DNA of 64,000 nt from Candidatus Thorarchaeota archaeon (GCA_046482545.1 JAWOEX010000035.1:128001-192000), one strand, 5' to 3'; counted from the first letter of the stretch, positions 42,950 to 53,423 are shown. Translations and numbers: made by a program. Notes: generated by a model not told the origin, from the letters alone.

Positions 42950-44257
42950 CTAATCCCTCAGGAATTCATCGAGATTGACTTCTGGGAACTCGGCTTTCTT
43001 GAAGCTTTTTCCTTTTGTGACCAATGGCATCGTACAATCAAAACCGATTTTGGTAGTAATCTTCGTACCTGGTTCTGCACTTGGATCCAATGAGCTGCCT
43101 GGTTCTGGATCCTTGATTAGCATATCTGTGTCTCCTTGGAATCTTGTCGCGAATGCCCATTCGCGTTCTTGCTCATTGTATATATCGATGTCATTATCAT
43201 ATATCCACACATGCTTACCGCTGCTATGGCCTGCAAAAGCTCCTTCGATAGCTTTGATTCCATCATCATCCGTCTTTTTGTTTATTCTGACTGCGATGTG
43301 TAACCAGCTCGCGCCTCCTGGTGTTAGATTTACATCACGAACATCTACTCCCCGCTTCTTTATTTCGCGGTACACTGTTGGCTCGCGAGGCATACCCATG
43401 AGTACCTTGTGTTCAGCTCGCCCAGGAAGCAGAGCTTGCCAGATTCCATTCTTCCTGTGAGTAATCTTCTTGACTTTGAAAACCGGCTCTTGACGAACAA
43501 CGTCAACAGTTTCGGTTAAATCTATGAACGGACCTTCATCTGCCTTTTCATCGAGTATGACTGTTCCTTCCAACACGAACTGACAGTCGGCAGGAATCAT
43601 CAAGTCTACAGATTTGGCTTTGGTGACTCTAATTGGTTTAAGAGCATTAGCAATTTCAAGCTCGTCAATGCCGGTTTCTACTGAAGTGGCAGCAGCAACG
43701 AGGATTTCCGGTGTATTTCCGATACAATATGCCACGTCCACCTCGCCATTCCTTTTAAGAAATGTATGGAAGTCCCTACCTTTGACAACCCGGGTAACCA
43801 TTTCGTTCTTGCTAGTCTGCATCGCTCTGTGAAAGTCAAGGTTCTGTCCGTATTCTGGATCCGCTGCAACTACAACTCCCGAGGATATGTATGGCCCTCC
43901 ATCAACCTGATTATGTATGAGTATGGGCAATTCGTCCAAATTCACTGTATCCTGCACAACTTCCTGACATGGAGCATCATCTATCTCTTCGGGTGGTGAT
44001 TTCTCTTCGATTGCGTTCGTCAATGTCGGAATGAGTTTCTCTACATCAATACCGAAGTAGTCTGCAATCTGTTTCTTGGTACAGAATAGATTTCCTGCTA
44101 TCTGAAACGAGGAATCTGAGACGTTTTCAAATAATGCAGGTTTCGGCTCAAGAGCTTTAAGTATTCCCGCAATCTCCAATTTCTTCGATGCGGGTTGACT
44201 CACAACTTCGATTTCATCTTGTTTCCTTAGTTCTTCAATATGATTTGCAAATGTCAT
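42950..44257 (-). CDS. UbiD-family decarboxylase (probable anhydromevalonate-phosphate decarboxylase)
   Basis: DGGPYI, EGPF, SSLDPS; sits in an operon with mvk and AcnX. Confidence 0.88.
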   Translation of the reverse strand: MTFANHIEELRKQDEIEVVSQPASKKLEIAGILKALEPKPALFENVSDSSFQIAGNLFCTKKQIADYFGIDVEKLIPTLTNAIEEKSPPEEIDDAPCQEVVQDTVNLDELPILIHNQVDGGPYISSGVVVAADPEYGQNLDFHRAMQTSKNEMVTRVVKGRDFHTFLKRNGEVDVAYCIGNTPEILVAAATSVETGIDELEIANALKPIRVTKAKSVDLMIPADCQFVLEGTVILDEKADEGPFIDLTETVDVVRQEPVFKVKKITHRKNGIWQALLPGRAEHKVLMGMPREPTVYREIKKRGVDVRDVNLTPGGASWLHIAVRINKKTDDDGIKAIEGAFAGHSSGKHVWIYDNDIDIYNEQEREWAFATRFQGDTDMLIKDPEPGSSLDPSAEPGTKITTKIGFDCTMPLVTKGKSFKKAEFPEVNLDEFLRD

Positions 44258-44272
44258 TTAGTTTCCTCCTTT

Positions 44273-45223
44273 CTAAAGTCCAAACGCGGTTGTCCATACT
44301 CCGGCCGCTCCCCCCTCTTCAAGTGAAGCCGCAATCTTCTCAGCTGCTTCTTTGTCCTTTGCCAAGGCTATCATATTGCCCCCTCTTCCTGTTCCTGTAA
44401 GTTTTGCCCCCAAAGCACCCGATTCCCTGGCAAGTGCAGTTAAACTATCGAGCTCTTCACAGGACACGGTCAAATCCTTCAGCAAGTCATGATTTTTGTT
44501 CATAAGTCTGCCCACTTTCTTGGTTTCAAGGTTGACAAGTGCTTCTCGGGCATCATAAACTAACTGTTCATATTCCTCGGCTATCTTTTCGAACCAAGAT
44601 GGGTCTTCCTCTTTCTTTGAGCGCACATCTCCTACCACCTCGACTGTACTCGCTGTTAAACCGGTGGATCCGATAATTAGATTCATCGCCTTATCCAGCT
44701 TTATCTTCTCAAAAGTCGGAGGCCCGCCGTCTAAATCTCTCTCATACCAGACCAAACCACCGAAGGTTGAAGCCGTGTTATCTATTCCCGACGGGGTGCC
44801 ATGGTATGCTTTTTCTCCCTCATAAGCGGCTTCGTTAATTTCTTCGTCAGTCATATCAAGTCCGAATTCATCATTGAGTGCTCGTGCTAGAGAAACACAA
44901 CTTGCGGCACTTGCCCCGACACCGGAGGCACATACCAAATCGCCGGCAAATTCAATGTGAATTCCTTCATTAGAAAGGTCTACACCACAGAAATCAATCA
45001 CATTGTCGATTGAATCCTTCTGCTGGTCTAATTTTTTTGCCTTGTAACCCGGTACTGCTGGCCGGTTATCATCAAGAGTCCAGCCAGGAGAATCTTTCTT
45101 TCTGACTTTAGCAACTGTTTCCGATTCGATGCCGGCGGCTAAAGCCGGAAGACCGTATACAACAAAATGCTCACCAAATAGAATTGATTTTCCTTTTCCA
45201 GAGCCTGTTCCCAATCTTCTCAT
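44273..45223 (-). CDS. mvk: Mevalonate kinase
   Basis: ILFGEHFVVYG, SGVGASAA, HGTPSGID, KLTGTGRGG. Confidence 0.95.
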   Translation of the reverse strand: MRRLGTGSGKGKSILFGEHFVVYGLPALAAGIESETVAKVRKKDSPGWTLDDNRPAVPGYKAKKLDQQKDSIDNVIDFCGVDLSNEGIHIEFAGDLVCASGVGASAASCVSLARALNDEFGLDMTDEEINEAAYEGEKAYHGTPSGIDNTASTFGGLVWYERDLDGGPPTFEKIKLDKAMNLIIGSTGLTASTVEVVGDVRSKKEEDPSWFEKIAEEYEQLVYDAREALVNLETKKVGRLMNKNHDLLKDLTVSCEELDSLTALARESGALGAKLTGTGRGGNMIALAKDKEAAEKIAASLEEGGAAGVWTTAFGL

Positions 45224-45375
45224 GCTCCCTATGCCTTGTAAAACTTGCTACGAGCTGGTAGTTCATCGCTACTTTTGAAAATTTCCATCGACAAAATTAC
45301 AAGTTTCATGGACCGTGCCGTATGAATACCTCACAACTAACCGTCATCACTCTATGAGGCGAAACAGTATATGTG

Positions 45376-46662
45376 TCATATGATAGATGGAATCTTGGCC
45401 TTTGATCCATGAAGCTTGCCGAGTATAACAGATTTCAATGCACCCAGTTTCGAAGGCACCAAATCGAGGGAATTGATATCCATTAGTTTGCAGAGTGCAG
45501 ACATAGTTCGGGCCAAGGAATTACATGCTGGACTTACCAGAATATTCGACTTTCCAAGTGTTTTCTCTAGGTATTGTTTGGTCTCATCTATTGCGCAATC
45601 GCCTGTAATCAACACGGCCCCCTCAATTGTTTCCAAGGTCCTTGTGTCATGACCTTCTCCCATGATAATCGTAAAGTCTCCCTTTCCACCATGGTCGTAG
45701 TACAACATTTGGACAAGCATACGCACATTCAGTTCGCATCCTTCTGGGCACAACTTTCTCGTGCCTTTGAGAACCCTAACAACATCAGGAAACATGTCCA
45801 AAGTCTGGTACGGATATCTTTTCGTGAAACGTGAAAGATCACCATCTACCTCATTAAGAACCGAGCTCACATTCTGCGTTTTTGCGGCGAGCGAGAGATG
45901 TTCTACTTCTTCAATGTCATAACCCAGAACCTTTGCTCCCACTACATCAACAGCCAAAGCGTTGGTCCCTCCTATGAGTATATCTAGCCGCTCAATACAT
46001 CTATCTAGGAATTGTTGGAGTGGATAGTGACCATGAAATACAGCATGGGTTCCATCGATGATTGTGTAATCGGGTTTGACTATGCTATAGATGTCTGCCA
46101 GTACTTGGTGCAGTCTATCGTCGTGATTATGGGACCTATCAATGTGATTCATGAACGCCATTTGATTTTTGACACCGAGGGTCACTGTTGTCATTGGATG
46201 TGTCTTCAGCTTGGGCAAGGACACGTACAGTGAATCCCTTTCTTCAGATGTGAATTTCGTTGCAATCAGTTCCGGTATTTTTACCTCTTCTCCTAACGTC
46301 GGGAGAACAACCATTGTATGTGGTTCTTCATCTAGATGAACAGCCTTTGCACCAGTGTCTTCTATCACTTCTTTGTAGCCTGTGAATTGGAAAACAAGTC
46401 TTGTCATATTTCCCTGCGTAGAATTCTCCATTACGTATACTTGACCAGCTCCTTTGTTGTAGAAGAAATCGATTACTGCTCGGAGTAGTTCAGGGTTCGT
46501 ATATGAATATGGTTTAAAATCAACACCATTTGGTTTGATATAGACGCGCTCTCTTCCGTCTAGTACCGCGGGATTCTCTCCTATTTTCTGGAATATACAC
46601 CTGACTGCTTGATGAAAATCGTCTTCTACATCCTGTATCACTGTGTTGCTCAATTGAATCAC
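45376..46662 (-). CDS. DUF362-domain protein
   Basis: VYIKPN, LPKLKTH, TLGVKN, TIIDG, AVDVV. Confidence 0.85.
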   Translation of the reverse strand: MIQLSNTVIQDVEDDFHQAVRCIFQKIGENPAVLDGRERVYIKPNGVDFKPYSYTNPELLRAVIDFFYNKGAGQVYVMENSTQGNMTRLVFQFTGYKEVIEDTGAKAVHLDEEPHTMVVLPTLGEEVKIPELIATKFTSEERDSLYVSLPKLKTHPMTTVTLGVKNQMAFMNHIDRSHNHDDRLHQVLADIYSIVKPDYTIIDGTHAVFHGHYPLQQFLDRCIERLDILIGGTNALAVDVVGAKVLGYDIEEVEHLSLAAKTQNVSSVLNEVDGDLSRFTKRYPYQTLDMFPDVVRVLKGTRKLCPEGCELNVRMLVQMLYYDHGGKGDFTIIMGEGHDTRTLETIEGAVLITGDCAIDETKQYLEKTLGKSNILVSPACNSLARTMSALCKLMDINSLDLVPSKLGALKSVILGKLHGSKAKIPSII

Positions 46663-46692
46663 TCTAGTATTGTTCGTTACGTCAGAAAAAGT

Positions 46693-46802
46693 TGGTGGGC
46701 CGGGTGAGATTTGAACTCACGATCCCCTGGACCCGAACCAGGAACCATAGCCAATCTAGCCCCGCCACAACAAGTGTGCTGGAGTAGCTAGACCACCGAC
46801 CC
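46693..46802 (-). tRNA. tRNA-Pro(CGG) with a 32-nt D-loop intron (46754-46785)
   Basis: TT-CGG-GT anticodon loop; BHB ctag/cta...ctag/att; CCA encoded. Confidence 0.9.
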
Positions 46803-46832
46803 AATAGTTCACGAGACCCACGTTTTTAGTAA

Positions 46833-47666
46833 TCATTTAACCATTTCGACCAAGCGCTCCCGCAAGAAGCGGACAGTGCCCAAATAGGTACCCTGTGCGC
46901 TGTAAACTTCTGACTTCGGCAAATTGGCACACCCATTATCGAAGAACGGCCCTCTGAACGTGGATTCTGGGCTATCAACTGGAATGCCTGATATGAGCTT
47001 ATTGAAACTTGGCAACGTAACAAGAAAGCCTTTTGTCCTACTTTCGTCCATAGATAAATCCCCCTTCTTTTCCACACAGTTTCTGTCCAATTGAGAACGG
47101 AGGATAACGGGTATTGATCTCCCTCGCCTCCTGATAGTCCTATACAGGGTTCGCGAAGAAACAGCTCTAAAGTTACTCAGTGTTGGATGGTTATGCCCCA
47201 CAAGTATCCAATCTGCACTCAGTACTTCGGGTGATGGCCATGCATGCCCGTGAATCAGTCCCACCGAGAACCCCCCCTCTTCTATCTTTTCTCCTCTGAT
47301 TCCACATAGCGAAACATCTCTAGGTAACAGAGATTCTAAATCTCCGTCATGATTCCCCGGCACAATAGTGACCTTGGTTCTCTCAGCTAACGACTCCATA
47401 AACTGGGGAATTCTTTGCCAATTAAACGAAACGTCAGGTCCCAAAGAATGCTTGATATCTCCAAGAAAATACAGGTTCCCTATGTCATGTTGATTGATTA
47501 GAGCATGTATCTCACTCAACATTACTTCATCTTGCGATGGAAATTGCGCTCCAGTTGACTGGGCTAGATTAATGTGCCATCCAAGGTGAAGATCCGCGAT
47601 AACAAGAATTCTTTCATTTCCTTCTAGAATCACGGCTTTCCCGTCAATTATACGTTTCATCATCAC
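46833..47666 (-). CDS. Metallophosphoesterase (ICC/COG1407-like)
   Basis: ADLHLG, LGDIKH, GNHD, HGH, GHNHP, LPSFN. Confidence 0.88.
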   Translation of the reverse strand: MMMKRIIDGKAVILEGNERILVIADLHLGWHINLAQSTGAQFPSQDEVMLSEIHALINQHDIGNLYFLGDIKHSLGPDVSFNWQRIPQFMESLAERTKVTIVPGNHDGDLESLLPRDVSLCGIRGEKIEEGGFSVGLIHGHAWPSPEVLSADWILVGHNHPTLSNFRAVSSRTLYRTIRRRGRSIPVILRSQLDRNCVEKKGDLSMDESRTKGFLVTLPSFNKLISGIPVDSPESTFRGPFFDNGCANLPKSEVYSAQGTYLGTVRFLRERLVEMVK

Positions 47667-47712
47667 TTGATGGTTCCTATAACAATTTTAACCTCATCAT
47701 ATGTAGAACTAG

Positions 47713-48108
47713 ATGAGACACATGCCACTCAGTACCTATGAAACAAAACGCCTTTCTCAGAAAGTGCTGGAACAACATGATATTGAGTACTTTAAACGGA
47801 AATATGGGAAGCGATTCATCAGAGCTCTGAGAGCCGTTGAAGAAGAACGCGTTCATAAATACATATTCAACGAGGGGGAAGCAGTTCGATGGATTGTTGA
47901 AGGCAGCAAAAGAGATTACCTCATATTTCCTAGGACGTTTTGTACCTGCACAGACTTCTATCAAGCAGTTGTACTAGATGGTACTGTTGACATGTGCTAC
48001 CATCTATTGGCACAGAGAATTTCAGAGCTGCGTGGTGAATACTTGACTATAACCGGTAATGAATCTCAACGAAGGCGCTTCAGCAAAATATGGAGAAGAT
48101 CTGGTTGA
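47713..48108 (+). CDS. SWIM zinc-finger protein
   Basis: FCTCTDF...MCYHLLA. Confidence 0.85.
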   Translation: MRHMPLSTYETKRLSQKVLEQHDIEYFKRKYGKRFIRALRAVEEERVHKYIFNEGEAVRWIVEGSKRDYLIFPRTFCTCTDFYQAVVLDGTVDMCYHLLAQRISELRGEYLTITGNESQRRRFSKIWRRSG

Positions 48109-48229
48109 GTTTAGGCATTGTACGTATTATCGATAAGTAAGCATTTCAAAATACATGCCCTGTTGAGAAAGCCTTAAAACTTTCACTGGATTGTGCACGC
48201 TGTCTGAGTAAGACGGCAGGTATTAGCAT

Positions 48230-49339
48230 ATGTCATATTTTAGAACTGATTCGCGGATAATCCTAGCATTGGTAGCTGTGCTACTTCTATCGACAGCACT
48301 CCATATTCCGGTAGAAGCTCAGACGGAAAACCTTGATCCTGTTGTCGTTATGTATGATGAGAGTCATTCGCAGCAGTTCTCTGCTGATGACGAGGAGGAT
48401 GGAATCAAGCTAATGCTCGATATGGTAAACGACTCGAGCAGGTATCTTGTGAAGACCAACAGTGAAAACCCCCTCAATTTGACCACGCTTAGTGATGTAG
48501 ATATCTTAATACTTGCCGATCCTGATGCTTCTGCTCCTTTTGAGAAGGAGGAGATTGCTGGAATATCTGATATGCTCTCTAATGGCAGCTCTCTTCTTAC
48601 TCTAGGAGATCCCAAAATTGACCAAAATTCTACCTACTGGAAGGAAACTGCCTTCAGAGATATAGGTGAGAATGATGCATTGAACAGACTCTTTTCTTCT
48701 ATCAATATGACCGGGGTGAGATTCAGTGTTAACGAAACCACATCCGGTGTGATACGGGCAGATTCTCTTTTTGATTATGAGCATGCATTGAATGAAACAT
48801 CTCCCCAACTAATAGAGCTGGATGCTACAACTTGGAATTCAGACCATCCTATTTTCAATGATATAAACCGCTTGGTTACAATGACTGCGACACTCAAACC
48901 AATTGATGCGCCAAGTGCTATAGCTACTGGTTATGAAACGTCATTTGCACAGTATCGCAGGGGTCCGAACACATTTGGTAACACCTCATTTCCAAATATG
49001 ACTCTCTCCGAATTTGAGGAGAAGCCGTTCTCCTATTCCGCAATAAACGGAACATTCCCGCCATGGTTATCCGCCTTTGAATTCAATAGCAGTAGAGTTG
49101 TAATCGGTGGATCGACGATAATGTTCTCTGGACGAGTACTTGATTTGCATGAGAGTGACGACAGGTCAAGCGAACAATGGTTTTACCAAGCAGATAATTC
49201 TCGACTCTTCATGAACATGCTAAACTGGCTATCGGAGGATTTTGTTACTGCTCCTGAAGCAATATACCCTCTCCTAGTAATCTCTTCAGTCATATTGCTG
49301 GTTGGGGTGGCGTTCTACGTTTTCAAGAAGCTTCGGTAA
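48230..49339 (+). CDS. Type I membrane glycoprotein with a GIFT (GldG/IFT52-like) domain
   Basis: Signal peptide; VMYDESH, GSSLLTLGD, RVVIGGST.MF, DNSRLFMNMLNWL; C-terminal TM helix. Confidence 0.7.
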   Translation: MSYFRTDSRIILALVAVLLLSTALHIPVEAQTENLDPVVVMYDESHSQQFSADDEEDGIKLMLDMVNDSSRYLVKTNSENPLNLTTLSDVDILILADPDASAPFEKEEIAGISDMLSNGSSLLTLGDPKIDQNSTYWKETAFRDIGENDALNRLFSSINMTGVRFSVNETTSGVIRADSLFDYEHALNETSPQLIELDATTWNSDHPIFNDINRLVTMTATLKPIDAPSAIATGYETSFAQYRRGPNTFGNTSFPNMTLSEFEEKPFSYSAINGTFPPWLSAFEFNSSRVVIGGSTIMFSGRVLDLHESDDRSSEQWFYQADNSRLFMNMLNWLSEDFVTAPEAIYPLLVISSVILLVGVAFYVFKKLR

Positions 49340-49345
49340 GGTAGT

Positions 49346-49939
49346 CTACGGCCAATCTGGACTCCTCACTCCTGATTGAACAAGTGTCTGCTCCACAGTG
49401 TGTTTCAACCGTCCAATGTTCTTGTCTTCTTTAGCAGAAATCGGTACGATAATCGGCTCTTGGTTGGGCATATACTCAAGCAACCTCCTCCTAAGATAGT
49501 CTAGCTCGACCCATCTTTCCGTCTTCTTGAGCTTGTCCATTTTGTTTGCGGTAACAATTACGTTTGATGCTATTTCTGAGAGAAAAGTGTAGAATTCAAC
49601 ATCAATGGGGATTTCACCACGGGAACTCCACCGCTCATACAATTCCCTGAAGAGCGATATATCAACAATTAGAATAGCAAGAATAATATCATCGCTCCAT
49701 CTCTCCAGTTTTCTGATGATTGAGGTTTTCGTCTGATCTATACGCTTCTTACTCATTCCAGACATAAAACCGAATCCAGGGATGTCGACCATCAGAACTG
49801 AACCCATGTCTATCTTGATTTCTTTCTTAGTACTCCCGGGCTTCTTTCCAACTGTTACTTTCTTGCCTGTCAAATGCCTTATGACACTGCTTTTGCCGAC
49901 ATTACTTCTTCCTGCGAATACAACAAGCGGTTTCGTCAT
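49346..49939 (-). CDS. engB: GTP-binding protein EngB
   Basis: GRSNVGKSS, DIPGFG, NKMD, SAK. Confidence 0.93.
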   Translation of the reverse strand: MTKPLVVFAGRSNVGKSSVIRHLTGKKVTVGKKPGSTKKEIKIDMGSVLMVDIPGFGFMSGMSKKRIDQTKTSIIRKLERWSDDIILAILIVDISLFRELYERWSSRGEIPIDVEFYTFLSEIASNVIVTANKMDKLKKTERWVELDYLRRRLLEYMPNQEPIIVPISAKEDKNIGRLKHTVEQTLVQSGVRSPDWP

Positions 49940-49947
49940 AATCATCC

Positions 49948-52806
49948 CTACCAAAACTGGCGTGTTCTTGCGTACTGCCTTTCAGCCTTTGCGATTTCTC
50001 GCAGTAATGATATTCTATCCATTGTACTAGGCCTCAAAATTCTTGCCGCAGTAGTTGGGCCAATCCCTCGTCCCGCTAGAGTAAGCAGAGCTTTTCTTCC
50101 ATAATTGGCAACCAGAGTTGCAGCCAGATTTGCCTTCTCTAGGATTCTTTCGTCTTCACTTGTTAACTCTTGCCCACGGTGAGCTTTCTCCAAAGCCTTC
50201 TCCAATCGACTAGAAGATGATCTTCCAATTGCAATCATCTTCGACTCACAGGTCGGGCATCTGATTGTTGATTCGAGTGTTGAGATTGTTCTTATTGTAT
50301 GCCATGTGCAATTAGTACAAACTAGCTTCACTTTCTTGGATTCCAGACGGTGCTGCATCACATTCAAGATTTCTCGCTCTTCTGTAACCTCTCCAATGAC
50401 TTCAAACCGCGTACGCGTTTCAACAATGAGATTGGCAAGACTAGATGGCTTCTCTCTCTCAAGGCACATAACCTCTATGAATCCATCCTGAACCTGTTCG
50501 AATATCCTTACTGTCCTTTTCTCATCCAGCTTGTCCTGCAAGACTTCTGCAACCGCGGCGGCAAAGACTGGTGTACTTTCCATGCTCTCCATAAGGCGAT
50601 TTACAGGCAGGGAAGTAATCTGCACATCGCGGCGAATAACCCCCATTCTTCTCGCAACATGGATGAATCTTGATTCAAGCGTTCGAGTCTTCTTGAGTGC
50701 CATCTCTAGAATAGCAGACACTTGCTCAGGCGTGTACTCTTTAAATACATCTGTAACTAACTCTCCATCGATTTTTTCATCTGCTGTCAGTAACACTCGA
50801 TATGGATCACTTTCGGCTGCTATATCTCCGCCAACTCTTGTACCAAGTAATGCGGAAAGAAGTATCGCAAGCGCATCATTTGTTTTGGTCCCGAATGGAG
50901 CGTGAAGGACAAGCCCTCCTGGAAAGCTCTCGACGATGAGCCGTTTTGTTTCAGGGAGTTGACCCAGCTCATTCTTCGCCTGTTCTATTTCCTTGATTAC
51001 ATACTCTACTGCCCTATCTTCAAGCCCATAGGACGATTTAAGCCAGTTACGAGCATCCCTCTCCTCTCTACTTACTATATCATTCATGACGCTTGATACT
51101 TCAGATGCTACCTCATATGGTACCGGAATATTCTCACCAATCCAATGTGGGGCCTCAAATTGGCGGCCTCCAGCTGGTGCACAGATGATTTCTTCGTCTT
51201 CGACACTTATTATCTCCCAAGGCTTACCACGAATGACAAAAACATGACCCGGCTCAAGGCTGCTAACGTAGTTTTCATCCAATACTCCCACTGGTGCTCT
51301 TGTTGCTGCATCAACGACCACAGACTGCTGAACATCAGGTATTGTTGAGAGGTGGGTATAATAGAACGTGAGCACTTTCCACCCACGAGATACTGAAGTA
51401 TCATTCAAGCTGATGTAGCCCTTATTCTCCATGAAACGGAGCAGCTCTAGAAGTTGCTTCCTTTCCACGCTTTTGAATGCATAGGAACGCCTGACGAATT
51501 TCAATAAATCTTGGACTGAAACCTCTTCTCTATCGAGCAATATTCCACATATCTGATGACACAATACATCCCACGCATGGCTTGGAGTCTTTGCTTCTTC
51601 AACTCTGTTGAGTTTGGCCCGCCGAAAGATAACACCAGCTTCCAAAACGTCATCGATATTCACTGTAGCAATGATTATGCCTTTCGCAATCCCTTCAAGA
51701 GTGTGCCCGGATCTTCCTATTCTCTGTAAGCCTCTGGACACCTGCCGGGGACTAGAATACTGCACTACTAAATCTGCTTCTCCTATATCAATGCCTAATT
51801 CCAAACTGGAAGTTGCAATGATACCCTTGGAAGCACCCTCTTTCAGCCTCTGTTCTGCTTCTATTCTGGCCTCTTTAGATAGAGACCCATGATGTACATC
51901 AAATTCAAAGTTCGGTTCAAGGACTCTCATCTTCGAGCCAAGAACTTCTGTGAACGATCTTGTATTAGTAAAAACGAGCGTCGACTTGTGGTTATCAATT
52001 AGGTCAATTATTCGCCGAAGGCGTGCCATCGAGTGTGGTGGGTAGTATATCTTTCTTCCAAGCTCATGATCCTTAGACGTTGGAGTGGGCATTTCAACAT
52101 TCAAATTCATTCTTCTGGCCCTATATCCCGCCCAAACTATTGTTGCCTTACTGACCTCTGTCTCAAGCAGACCAGCAACTTCTTTGGGATTTCCCACTGT
52201 GGCGGATAAACCGATTCGCTGTACATTAGAATTGGTAATCGAATCTAGTCTCCCAAGCCCCAAGCTCAGCTGAACCCCCCGCTTTGTACCTGCAAGTTCA
52301 TGAACTTCATCAATAACAACGGCAAAAACCGTTTGCAGGTGATATCTAAGACGTCTCCCGGGTAGGATTGCCTGCAGTGTTTCAGGTGTAGTTATTAACA
52401 GATTGGGTGGCTTGATTGCTTGTTTTCTTCTTTGGTATTGGGTAGTATCACCGTGTCGTACATCGACAGTAATTCCAAGCTTCTCGCATAATTCTTCGAT
52501 TCGGCGAAACACATCTCTATTTAACGCTCGAAGGGGCGTAATGTAGAGAACATAGAAACCAAACAATTCTTTGTCTAGACTTCTTTCATACAGTATATTC
52601 AACAACGGCAAGAGCGCAGCCTCAGTCTTACCACTACCTGTTGGTGACAACAAGAGAGCATTCTTCCCGCTCAATATCGTTGGTATGGCATCTTCCTGAA
52701 TTGGTGTAGGTTCCTCTATGCCCTGTTCCTGCAACAGTTGAGTGAGCTCTCCCGATAGAGAGTCGAAGGCATTCATGGAGAAGGCTTCCGTGTTTTCAAA
52801 CCTCAC
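49948..52806 (-). CDS. lhr: Lhr-like SF2 helicase
   Basis: SPTGSGKT, PLRALNRD, DEVH, SAT, HHGSL, QRIGRSGH; C-terminal Zn finger and GRGIGP. Confidence 0.95.
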   Translation of the reverse strand: MRFENTEAFSMNAFDSLSGELTQLLQEQGIEEPTPIQEDAIPTILSGKNALLLSPTGSGKTEAALLPLLNILYERSLDKELFGFYVLYITPLRALNRDVFRRIEELCEKLGITVDVRHGDTTQYQRRKQAIKPPNLLITTPETLQAILPGRRLRYHLQTVFAVVIDEVHELAGTKRGVQLSLGLGRLDSITNSNVQRIGLSATVGNPKEVAGLLETEVSKATIVWAGYRARRMNLNVEMPTPTSKDHELGRKIYYPPHSMARLRRIIDLIDNHKSTLVFTNTRSFTEVLGSKMRVLEPNFEFDVHHGSLSKEARIEAEQRLKEGASKGIIATSSLELGIDIGEADLVVQYSSPRQVSRGLQRIGRSGHTLEGIAKGIIIATVNIDDVLEAGVIFRRAKLNRVEEAKTPSHAWDVLCHQICGILLDREEVSVQDLLKFVRRSYAFKSVERKQLLELLRFMENKGYISLNDTSVSRGWKVLTFYYTHLSTIPDVQQSVVVDAATRAPVGVLDENYVSSLEPGHVFVIRGKPWEIISVEDEEIICAPAGGRQFEAPHWIGENIPVPYEVASEVSSVMNDIVSREERDARNWLKSSYGLEDRAVEYVIKEIEQAKNELGQLPETKRLIVESFPGGLVLHAPFGTKTNDALAILLSALLGTRVGGDIAAESDPYRVLLTADEKIDGELVTDVFKEYTPEQVSAILEMALKKTRTLESRFIHVARRMGVIRRDVQITSLPVNRLMESMESTPVFAAAVAEVLQDKLDEKRTVRIFEQVQDGFIEVMCLEREKPSSLANLIVETRTRFEVIGEVTEEREILNVMQHRLESKKVKLVCTNCTWHTIRTISTLESTIRCPTCESKMIAIGRSSSSRLEKALEKAHRGQELTSEDERILEKANLAATLVANYGRKALLTLAGRGIGPTTAARILRPSTMDRISLLREIAKAERQYARTRQFW

Positions 52807-52994
52807 AGTTTATTTATTAGAATGCGTATATCAGTTGAAAACGTTAGGTCTGCCATTTCCTTGTTAGCAATAAGAAACCCAATGGCTTCAGATACTGAAT
52901 CTGCCTCTTGAATTGTCTTCTCTACCAGATGTCTCATCTCGCTCAGATGTGAGATATACGATGCAGCCAACTCAAAATATTCTTTATCCGACAA
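52803..52994 (-). CDS. Small hypothetical protein
   Basis: 63-aa ORF whose stop overlaps the lhr start. Confidence 0.55.
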   Translation of the reverse strand: MSDKEYFELAASYISHLSEMRHLVEKTIQEADSVSEAIGFLIANKEMADLTFSTDIRILINKL

Positions 52995-53013
52995 AATCAG
53001 TCTCTCTCTGAGC

Positions 53014-53124
53014 CTACTCTTCCTGCTCCTCTCCGTAGACAGAATAGGCTAGAATGATCAGCAATGCAGCTATGGCCATTGCATTTAGCACGATTCCTAT
53101 CAATTCAGTTTGCATAATACTCAA
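53014..53124 (-). CDS. Single-TM microprotein (33-36 aa), absent from the ORF track
   Basis: (LSI)MQTELIGIVLNAMAIAALLIILAYSVYGEEQEE; GAGGT RBS-like site and tatataag TATA-like box upstream. Confidence 0.6.
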   Translation of the reverse strand: MSIMQTELIGIVLNAMAIAALLIILAYSVYGEEQEE

Positions 53125-53201
53125 GTTACCTCGCTAAAATTCTACTTATAATCGTTCCTCAAGTCCATCCATAAAAAAGAAATGGCCATTACTATGTTCA
53201 T

Positions 53202-53423
53202 TTATTCATAGTACTGGTCGATGAACTCTCCATAGATATCTACTGCTTCAGTCAGTGGGTTCACTTCATCAATTATCATCTTTAAACCGCAGGAGCCACA
53301 CTTGACACTTGCTATCTCCTCCTCCCTAAACACATCAATCTTGATGGCGGTCTTTCCGCATGAAGGACAGGGATAGACGGAGGGAAGTCTTCTGCGTGAC
53401 CGACTACTGGATCTTCTACCCAT
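53202..53423 (-). CDS. elf1: Transcription elongation factor Elf1
   Basis: MGRR...LPSVYPCPSCG...CGSCG...EAVDIYGEFID. Confidence 0.9.
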   Translation of the reverse strand: MGRRSSSRSRRRLPSVYPCPSCGKTAIKIDVFREEEIASVKCGSCGLKMIIDEVNPLTEAVDIYGEFIDQYYE

